Below, in pieces: positions 26,441 to 38,400 of a stretch of 64,000 nucleotides of DNA. This DNA is from a virus: IMG/VR virus record IMGVR_UViG_3300045988_080781. One strand, 5' to 3'. The position numbers were made by a program, and so were the translations under genes. Position 1 is the stretch's first letter. Each line of letters starts with the position of its first letter. Under the pieces are notes generated by a model. It did no database searches and had not been told where the DNA came from. It saw nothing but the letters and a program-made list of their open reading frames with translations.

Positions 26441-29400
26441 TTATTCAGCAATAAATTCAATTATAGGTTTAGCATTAACAAGACCATTAAAGTTTTCACC
26501 TAATTTATAATAACGATTATTTTTATCAAGACCCATAAATCTATCAATACTACGATAAATAGGAACTTGACGTTCAATATATCTCCATATCTTATTTTCT
26601 CCAGCATAAGGACCATTCTTATAAATAGGATCAAAATCTTTACCTAAAGTAACCATATCAAGAATATAATTTCCAGCAGCAAGCATTTCATTAATAGAAG
26701 TATTAACTGCCATAGGATTACGAGTAAATTTACGAATTTCACCAAATAGACCAATATTATACATATTAGTTTCAGAACTCCAACGATCAAATGTATAAAG
26801 ACCCCAATTAGCTAATAAATTATCATCATCGTCTTCAAGTATAGCACCTGCAATAATATAACCAATAAAAGCATAAGCGGTCATCATTAATTGTGATGCT
26901 ACACGTCTAACATTAGCTCTATCAGTTTCATTCATAATACCGTAATTAAATTTTAAATTCATAGCTGTACTAAATAAACCTGTAACAATAGAAGTAGCGT
27001 AAGCTATAATAACATCTGTTCCATTAAGTTCTCCTTTATCTCTACGTTCAGCTATTTCATTAAATTTACGTTTATATTCTTTACTTGCTAAATGAGCAAA
27101 ACTAACATACATTCCTCGACCATAAGTACCTAAAGTTTCATTATAATAAGTTCTATTTCTAAAATGTTTTAGAATACCATTCCAAATATGTTTATGGAAC
27201 TGCATTAAAAGACTTCCAAAAAATGTAGTAGATTCAATAGTGGCAGCACCTAATTTATTATATACACCATGTATTCTTGTATTTACAAGTTTAGCTTTTT
27301 CAGCAAATTCAGCAATATCTTTTAAAGTAATATCAGAATTATCTTTTAATTTAGCATATCCATCTTTAATTTCAAATTGATCAAGTACATTAGGAGCAGC
27401 ATCATATAATTTCTTAAATTCTGCAATCTTTTTATCTCTAACTTCTTTATATCGTTTTCCAATTATTTTTCTATTTTCAGGATCAAGAGAATCTATAAAT
27501 TGTTCAGCAATATCAACTTTACGAGTTTGATAATCAAACATTAACTTAGTATCATTTTTGATATTTCTAAGCATACGTTCAAAATAAGTATTAAGAACTG
27601 GATTATCTTTAACTATCTCTCTAATAGCAGTACGTTCAGCAGATAATTTATAACTATTAAAATCAACAATTTTATATTTACCACCAACATTTATAATTTT
27701 ATTAGAATACATAAGAGCTAATAAAGCAGTATTTTGCATATAATGTTCACCAGCAGTTTGTGGACTATAAGCAAAACTTTTAAGATCATTAATAAGTTTT
27801 GTTGGATTTAATGCTTTACCGTTATAACTAGTTTCACGAATATTATCATAATCAATTATATTCATAAATTTAAATATAGCATCAATTAAATTATTTGATT
27901 TATCACTATAAGCATTCATAAGAAATGCAGGAGAATTAAGTATATATTTAGCTTTAGCTCTTTCCCAATCTTTATGATTAAAATATTCAGCAGCAAAATA
28001 TTCAGCAGCAATACCAGCAGAACCAGTCAATACGTTACTTACACCACCAAGTATATTAAACATCATATATTTAGCAGAAGTAAGATTTTGCATAACATTT
28101 ATTACAGTATCAAATTTAGTACGAGGTTTATATTGATGTAAAAACATTCTTTTAAATAATACTTCAAGATGTTTAGTAGTATTAACAGCGCGTTCTCGTT
28201 TATATTGTGTAGCATTAGTAGTACTTAATCTTCTATCAACTTTAAGATCTCCTGTAATAGTAGTTTGATAAGCAGGTTTTAATTGTCTATAAAATTCAAG
28301 TAATAAATAAGCATCATTAATCATTCTATTTTTAGCAGTAGTTACATGAGCATTAACAATATAATCATGAAACATTCCTTTATAATCATCATCTCTAACT
28401 TTAGCAATAAGTTCATTATTACGTTTTATAATTTCTTCAGAAGCTTTACGAAATTCTTTAATTCTATCATAATATTGTTCATCAGTTTCTCCAACTAGTC
28501 TAGAAGGAGCTTCAGGTAATCTTTCAAGTCCTGAAGTATAAATATCTTGCATAGATAAATTACGAACATCTGAACCATATACATAAGAAAAATCATCACT
28601 TATACCTCTATTATTATCAAGATTTGCAGTAGCACCAACAAAATTAAGAACACCTTTAGTAAAATTAGCAGGATTATTTTCTATTTTCTTTCTAAATGGA
28701 AATAAAAGTTTATTAACATGAGACATACCACTTTCATTTGTGGCAAATTGTTTCATTTTATCAATAATATAATTTCTAATTTCTTTTTCATATTCAGTAG
28801 CATCATCTTTTCTAAAATACTTTTTATCTCCAGTTTCAAAATTATAATTAGCACCATAAGTTTTATATTTATCATTTTTAGTGCCCGGCTTAGGTTCAGT
28901 ATAAGCATTTAAATAATTAGGTTTATGTTCAGCTTTATACTCACTATCTTCAGTAGCTTCAATATTAGTCCATATTTGAATTGGTTCATATTTATGACTC
29001 ATAGGATTGTATACATGATTTTCTTCAAACCATTCATCATATCTACCTTCAGCTTTAGCTTTATTAGCTGCCATATCATAATATTCAGTAGTACTACTTT
29101 TAACATTATTATTAATCCAAATTTTAGCAGCCATTTTATCTTTATCAAGGAATTTATCTTTTACATGTTCTTTAGGTACAGCATAAGAATAAATATAATC
29201 ATTTTTACTATCTTCAGCAAAACTAATACCATTAAATACTCTATGCATATTAGATAATTTATTAAATGCTTCATACCATTCTTTATCAGCATTTGTATTA
29301 TCTGGATCATCATATGCTTCTTTAGCTAATTGTCTATCTCTTTCAATAGCATTATTATCATATACATAATCAACGTTTTCATTAATAAAATCTCTAGCAG

Positions 29401-32400
29401 CTTGTGCTTCTGGAGACATATTTTTACCTTTACCTCGTCTTTGTTTATATAAACTAGTATATAAACTTACAAGTTCTTTAAGTTGATTAGTATTAAGTCT
29501 AGAAAGATATACTTTTCCTGAATCATCTAAAGCGTGAATAAGAATATTATTAATATCATTTATTAATTTATTAACAACAGGATCACTTTGAGCATCAACA
29601 TGCATAGATTTATAAAACTCTTCTGTATAAATTTCATTATTATCAGGCTTATTACGAATAAGTCTTACTTCAGAAGAAAATTTACTAAATCTAGATTCAT
29701 GTTCTTTTTTAATTTCAGCTACTTGTTTATTTGTAAATTTAGTACCATCGATAACTCCAAAAGCATCTCTATAATTAACTTTAGGATTAGCATCAATTAT
29801 ACGTTTCATAGCTGTTTTCTTAACACTATCTGAATTAGATAATGTAGCAAAAGCATCAGCCATTTTACTATAAAATTCATTATCATATCTTCTAATAGTA
29901 TTTTCAGCTAACCATTCAACAGCTTCTCTATATTTTTCATTCTTAATACGTTCCTCTAAAGGGAGTTTTTCATTATCAGTTCTATTAGGATAAGTAACAT
30001 CTTCAATTATTTTAAGCATTTTATCCCTAGTTTCAAAAAACTTTTCTTTGGCTGTTCTAACAAAATATTTTTCCTGAATATTATTTAATGTTTCAATAGC
30101 TTTATTAAGAACTTCATTTTCAAGTAAAGTTCTACGTTGATTCATAAGAGCAAATAATTCATTATATTGCTCATCAGATTTATCTTTAATATTAACAAGT
30201 TGTTTAATATTATCATTAAGTCTTAAATAATCTCCATATAATTTAATATTATCATCATTACTAAATATTTCATTTAAAGCATTATTTCTTTCATCATAAT
30301 AAGATTGAACAAATTCTTGTTCTATATTTTTAGCATACCAAATATCTCTATTACGTTTTGCTTTAAGATGTATAGGATGATAATTACCAAAAGCATTTTT
30401 AGTATCTGTATATTCAGTATCAATAGCTGATTTATCATTATTAAAAGATTCATTATAATTTGATAATATAACACCAGCAAGTTTATCAACAATATTATTC
30501 CAATTAACAGGTTTTCCAGCTTGAGCAGCTTTCTTTTCTATTTCTTCAATAAAAGAATTAAATTTTCTTGCATCTTCAATACCAACTTTATCAGCATAAT
30601 TTATATTAGTATGAATCATTTTTAAAACTACTTGTGTAACAGCATCATTAATTTCCATACTATCACCAAATAAATATGCCATTTTAGTTTCATCAGTAAC
30701 AATAGCATCATATAATGTCATAAATCCATCTTTAATATCAGGATTATTACTAAATTTAGAAATATAATTATTATAATATCCTCTTACAGCATCTTTAACA
30801 TTAGAATTATTTTTAATTTTAGTAATAGCACTAATCATATCTTCTATAGCTTTAGATACATCAGAAGGAAGATTATCAGTAGAAAGATTAAATAATTCTC
30901 TAAAATTATCACCAAATGTAAGACATTCAAGAATTAAACTTAAAAATGTTTGTCTATATTCTTCATTATCTTCTTTAGATATTTCATTTATAACATCAAT
31001 ATGATTTATTGGAATAGGAATTCCATCTTTATCACGACTAAATTCATTTATCTTTTTAAGAAGTTCTTCAGCTTTATCAATATAATATTTTGAATTAAGT
31101 TTGATAATTAAATTTCTATTACTTTCTATACTATTATTATTAGTAAAATCAAGACCTAAACTTCCATATGCTCGTATAGTACGAGAAGCATCTTCATCAT
31201 TAAGTCTATTTCTTCTACGAAGTAAATCATTATAAATAGCTTTGTTTATACGTCCTAATTCAGTTTGTTCTTCAATTTCAACATCAAAATTAATAGAACT
31301 TTCAAGTGTTACATCATTATCATCATTTTCTTTAATTCTTGTAACTCTATAAATATCATCACTAAATGTAATATCATTTCTTTTAAGTTTTTCAGCAACA
31401 TCGCCAACAGATTCATCTTTATATAATTTTTTAAACTTATTAGTATTAGATTGAATACGTTTAATACCTAATCTAACTGTATTTCCATCATCAAGATTAA
31501 TAACTTGTTCAGAAACTGCATAAGGATCTTTGAAAGCATTTTTTAAAATATCATTTATAGCCCAAACATTAATAGCATTAACAGAAGTATTTGAAAATTT
31601 ATTTTTAAGAGTACGTAAAAATGTTCTTACACCTTCAGATCCGGGTTCATTACTTATAGCAACATTTTCTAGAAAATCATCATTTTTAGGAACATTTTTA
31701 TTAACTTTTATTTCTCTACTACGATTACTTCTTATATCTTTAAGTTCATCTTTAAATTCTTGTTTAATTTCATTATTAATAGAATAATTATTAGCAACAA
31801 TTTTTGAAATAAGTCTTAGATAAGAATAATTATCAATATATTTATGATTAAATAAATTAGTACTAACACCATATTCATTAGAATCTAATGGATTAAGAGG
31901 AAATAAAAATATATTACCACTATTTTCATAATTAACTACTTTAAATAATATAGTTTCTTTATTTTTATCTGTTAAATTAATATAACTAACAAGAACATCA
32001 TTATCTTTTGTTTCACGTAAAACGCCAATAGATTTGGCTTTAGCTCTATCATTAGTATCATTAATATTAAAATAATAAAGTTTAGTTTCTGAATCAAAAT
32101 AATCTATTTCACGTTTTTTACCATCATATTTAATATTATGAGATAAGACTTGTCTAATATCAGGATTGGCTCTAATAAAATCTTCATATATATTAAATTC
32201 TTCAAGGAATTTATAATCCATAGATCTAATACCTTCTCGAATATTTTCAATAATATTTAATCCGCCATTAGCAATAGATTCATATAATGCATTATTTTTA
32301 ATAGTTTTGCTAACTTTATTACGACCATAATTATATCCTTCAACAACAAAAGCATATTTAATAAGATCAATCATTGTATCTTTAAGAACACGACTATTTG

Positions 32401-35400
32401 TATTAAAAGTTTCTTCAAATAATTCATGAATAACATCAATATTTTGATTTTGATCTTCAAATGTAATATATTGTCCGCTAATACCACGTTTTCTAACATC
32501 ACCTTTATGATAAAGATTAGTTTTTAAATAATTAAAAATATTAAGTTTATCACTAGTAATATGTTGTTTAACTATAAATATTTTTTGAGCAGGACTAAGT
32601 TTATGGAAAACTTGATATTCTTCTTCAGTTAAATCATTAATATTATTATATTTAAAATCAACATTATCATCATATTTATATCCATAAATTCTACTTTTAC
32701 TATCATTATTTTCAGTAATACTTATTGTACCATCTTTATTAACAATAACATCTTTATGTAATGTAGGAGCAGATAAAAAGTATAGAAAATTAAGAAAATA
32801 CTTTTTAAATCTATTATATGTTTTTTCATCAAGAGGAGCATTAAGATAACCTTCAAGATATTTAACAGCATGAATAAATTCTGGACTCTCGCTAATAAAT
32901 CTTTGACTAGTAATTAAATATCCGCTAGATGTACCATAAGTAAAGAAAGCATTTAATATTGGATATACACTTTCATGTTCTCTATTATATTTAAGAAAAT
33001 CTTTAATAGCATTTTGAATATCATCAATAGATTTTGTAGTTTGTATATCATCTTCAGTTGTAAATGCAATATTAGTTATACCCGGATATACAGCTTCAAC
33101 TAATGGAACTTTATTACCTTTAACTGGTGCTACAAGTCTATTATATTTACCACTATTAATTAAATCATAAATATCATAAAAAACTTTACGCGCATTAAAC
33201 ATATTATCTTTAGCACCATATTTATCAGCAGCAAATATTTTAGTATGATTTTCAATAAGTTTACCAAGATTATTAAGTTTATTAAATATAATAACTTGTT
33301 TAATATGTTCAAGAAGAATGTTGTTATCTGTTCCATCCTCTACAGGGTGACTATACAAATCAAGCATATTACCCATATCAAGTTTAACGGATTCATTTTC
33401 ATATATATTAAAATCAAATCCAGTAAGCTTTTTAATATTATTATAAATAATATCTATAGGTGTATAGTCATTAACTTCTGTAAAGTTATTACCAAGTTTC
33501 TTTCCATCAATAGTTATATGTTTAGCAATATTTCTTATAGCAAGATTAATAATATTTACATGACCAAGTTTATTAATAGCAGAACGAGTTTTAAAATAAG
33601 CATTAGTAAGTTCTACAATAGCTGGCTGTCTAAGCCAAAGTTGAGCATTATGGTGATCTACTCCTAAATCAAGAAGAGTTCTATAAGCACTAAATGTATA
33701 AGGATTTTCATTAAATACTGCACCTTCTTTAACAGCATCAAAACTATGTGTAGATGTTTGTGCAGCATAAGATGTTATAAGTTCATCGACAATATTTCTA
33801 TTATTTTTACTATGACCAAGACCTTTATGAATAACATATCCATTTTCATCTACATCATAATTTTTATTTAAAACTGAATAATCAATACCAAATTTACTAT
33901 TAACAGATTTATCAATATATTTTATTAATATAGGTTCATCTAATTCTGTTCTTGAAACATTATTAATACTATTACCTGTATCACGATTAACACTTAATGC
34001 TTTTAATACAGCACCTCCCATAGCATTACGTCTAAAGAATATTTGATCCAAAGGGTTATATGGACTACGAGGAACTTTTGTAAAACCTTGTAATTCATCA
34101 ATATCTTCTTTAGCTCTACTTAAATCTTCAAAATGACTACGAAGTAATTGTTCTTCAAGATTACTAGGATCTTTAAGAATATTAATCATAGATTGAAGAA
34201 TCATATTATCTCTAGCTTCTCGTGTATTTTGTTGACTAATAGTTTGTTTACTAAATTCTTCAAATGTCATTAAACCAGCATCTTTAGCTCTATTTCTAAT
34301 AGCTTTTTTAAATTTATTTGCACCTTCCATTTGAAATATTGATTTACCATCAATTTCAATTTTTGCAGATTCAGTATTAAGTTCAGTAAATATATCTTTA
34401 ATTTTACTATTAATATCAGCATATTCTTTAAATAATTGCATAGCTTTAGGACTACCTTTAATATGCTTCATATAATTAATCACTGTAGCTAATCTATCAG
34501 TATAATTAACATTTTTATTAGATAAATATTTATAAATAGTATTTTTAATAAGTTTTGAAATACCAACATATTTATTATATTCAGGAGAATTAGTATCAGT
34601 TATTCCACAATATTTAGCAAAATTATCTTCATCCGCAATAAGATTATATAATTCATTTTCTTTAGTAAACAAATCAGAAGCCATTTCTTTATAAACTAAA
34701 TAAAGTTTTCTAGCTTCTTCAGATCTAGTAGCACGAATCTTTGCAATAATAGCTTCTTTTTCTTCAGAAGTTAAAGAAGTATCATTAGCTTTTCTTATAA
34801 GTCTATTAATATTCTGATTTACATATCTATTATATCGTTGCCATGTAGAATCTTCATCAGTACCAGTAATATAAGGAACTTTATGTATATTTCCGTATTT
34901 ATCTTTATATACATGGAAAGTAATACCATAAATAGAATCGACATCAAAGTCAGAACCAGTTTGAGTAACCCAAGCATCAGGAACAGCTATAGTACTACCA
35001 TAAGCTTCAGGTAATATACCAACAACTCTAAGAACTCCAATAGATTGTTTAGCTTCAGTTGGCATACGATAACCAATCATTTCTGCAAAATCACTTGTAA
35101 TAATAGAATCTTCAGTTATTCCATATAATTCTGCAGTCCATCTTGGAATCATAATTTCAATAATAGGTTCTCCATTAGGATGATAACGAAGACCTTCAAC
35201 AAGTTGTCTAAATTTAATCTTTTGAGCTTCAGTCATATTCTCAGTATTATTAATACCAAGAATTTCAGACTTTTTAATTTTATTACCATCACGAAGACCT
35301 GAATGAGTTATCTGAGTAGCATGAAAACCTGGAAGTTTTTGTCTAGTTATATGATTAGTAATAACACTTTGAGCAATATTTTCTATTTTATTACCTACAA

Positions 35401-38400
35401 TATTCATAATTTCTGGCATAATAGTATCAAAACTGCCTATACCATCAGCACTATTTTGGACTTTTGCTGTAAAATAATCCATAATATTTCCATCAAGTCC
35501 AAGTCTTTGCATTTCTTTAAGAGCAAGTCTATTAAATTCAGCAAAATCAATTTCTCCACCATTTTTACTTTTAACATTATAATCTTCATCAAATACAATA
35601 TTTAAATCATCACAAAGATTATTAAAATCTTCTCTAATATTATTAATAAAATTTTCAATAAAATTATTTTTATCAGTAGCTAAATGAGATTGAAGATTAT
35701 CAATAATTTTCTTCATAATCTGAACACCAGCTTTATTTTTACTATCAGTAATATGTTGAGGAACTTCTTGTTGTTTATATAAATTAGCATAATTAAAATT
35801 ACCTACAACTCCGGGAACTAATAATTCTTCAGCAAGTTTAGGATCATCAAGATCTCTAAGTTCACCTTCATTATTCCATAATGTTATAACATTATTATTA
35901 GCAGCTTTAGATGTTTCTAATGTATTAAGTTGATCAATATCATTATCAACCATCCATTGATGAACTTCAGCAAGTTGTGTACCTTCAACAAGTTTAGGAA
36001 TAATAATAAATTCAGCATTTTTAATTTGACGAGGTTGTTCAATATTAAATGTTGTATCATAAGTCATATCATAATAAAAGTTCTTAGCAACTTGCATAAA
36101 ACTATTAAGAGTTTTTGGATCAATAGCATTAATAGGTATAGTAGGATCTAATAAATCATGAATAAGTTTTTCATATTTAGGATATTCTCCAAGTTGTTTA
36201 ATACGTCTAATAGCTTCATAAATAGTAATATAAGATTGAGCATCATCAGTTTTTGTAGTTTCAGCTTTTTCACCTTCTTCAGCATAACCAAAAGCTTTAG
36301 CTAATTTATTAGCTTTTTGCATAGCTTTAGCATTAGTTTCTATATCATTATCATCTTTAGATTTAAACGAATTATATAAAGCATCACGAATTTCTTTTAC
36401 GTTTTTAATAGGACGTACAATATTATGTATAGTTACAGCTTTAAATGCACTTCTAACAGTTAAAGGTTTAAATCCTTTAGAAGTTTGTATTTGTAAATCA
36501 CTTCCTTTATATTGAATAGGTTCAACATCTACAATATTAGCATCATAAGGATTACCTATTTCATCATTAGATATAAATTTGCCTTCGCTATATCTTATAC
36601 CTCCAGCTAAATATTCTTTTGCACGTTTAGTTCCAGTTTGAGTATCTTTATAAAATTTAGAATTACCTACAAATAAGTCATCACAATTATTAAGAAATAA
36701 GAAATAATTCATATAATAATTAAATACATCAGATCTATTAATAGTATTATCTACTTCAGATATTTGATCATAAAATTCACTAACACAATTAGCATCATAT
36801 TCTTTAATCCAATTTTCAATACATTCATCAATTATAGATTCTTGTTCAGAAGTAAGTTTATAAGTAATATTATTATTTTCATCAACAGTATAACTAAAAG
36901 GAACATCACGAAGTTTCCCCGTAGAGGAAATCTTGAGTGCAGCTTCTAACCTATCACTGATACTAAATATACTTCCATCACTACGAAGAATATCAAACAA
37001 TTTAGTAAATTTAAAAGCATTACCAATTAGTTTTCCATCTTTAATATATTCTCCTTTTTTAAGTACCATATCTAATGGTAATTGATTAACATCAACAAGA
37101 AGTTTATCAGAATTATGTCCAAACATTCCATATCTATATTTAAGAGCTACTTGAATTTCGCCATAAATAAGATTTTTAAGCTGTTTAAATATATCACTTT
37201 TTCTATTAACAATAGCATTATTCATTCTATCATTAATATAAGATTTAGAAGCAATATTAGAAAATGCAGCTTTAACACTATCTGGAACTTCATAATTAGT
37301 ATTAAATCCACTAGTATATAAACCAGCAAATTCAAGATTAGATACAGTTATTTCAGTATTAACATCATTAATAGCACCTCTTTCAGTAAGTTCTCCTTTT
37401 AATAAAGCATATATAGGTTTATTAGCATTATCTCTATACATAATAGGAATATAAATAATACTTCCTTTTGTATTATTAGTAGCTGGAACAAATCTCATAG
37501 CAATACGATTTGCTGTAGAAGTAGAAATAGCATTTTTAACTTTAGTATTTATCTTACCTTCTTTAACTAAATTAATAATAGTTTCAGCAAATTGTTTAAC
37601 ATCAGTAGTTCGTGTAGCAGCAATACTAATATTTTCTAATTTAGATCCTAATGTATTATAAGTAGATTCATCAATATAAGAAGTAAATTGACTTAATAAA
37701 CCTTCAACATAATTATTCATACTAGCTTCTTCAACTCCATATAAAGATTTAGCATCATATACAGGCATATCTAACATATACATTCTAGGAGAATCAGAAG
37801 GAACAGGTAAAAGAAATGGTCTAGTTGGAATATTAGCATTTATAGCAGATCCTTCATTATATTTTCTATAATTATCAATACCGTGCATAAAACCATAAAA
37901 TCCATAATACATAAAGTCTGTATCGGACATAGTATTATATTTAGCATTAGCACCAGTAGCTAAATTGTTTATACCAGCCATTCTAAATACACTAATGACA
38001 TCTCCAATATTAGTAGGAGTTATAGCACCATTATTATATTTAAATAAACCACGATTAAATCCGTGATCTACAAGAATATTACTAAATTTATATTGATCTG
38101 ATCTAAATTTAGATTTACCATAATTAAGTCTAGTACTAGGATTATTAATAGCATTAACTGTATTATATAAATAATTATTATAAGTAACTGCACTTACATT
38201 TTTTCCATCAACACTTCTTGTATTTAATTCAATAGGAATATTTGCATATTTACTTAATGTTTGACTAATATTATCAACAGCACGAAGCATATCATTAAAC
38301 ATAGTATATTCTTCTTGTTCTTCTCTTTCATATACAGGAGGAGTATTATCAGGAACATTACCAAGTCTTTCAAAATAATTTCTAAGTTTTTCTCTATATA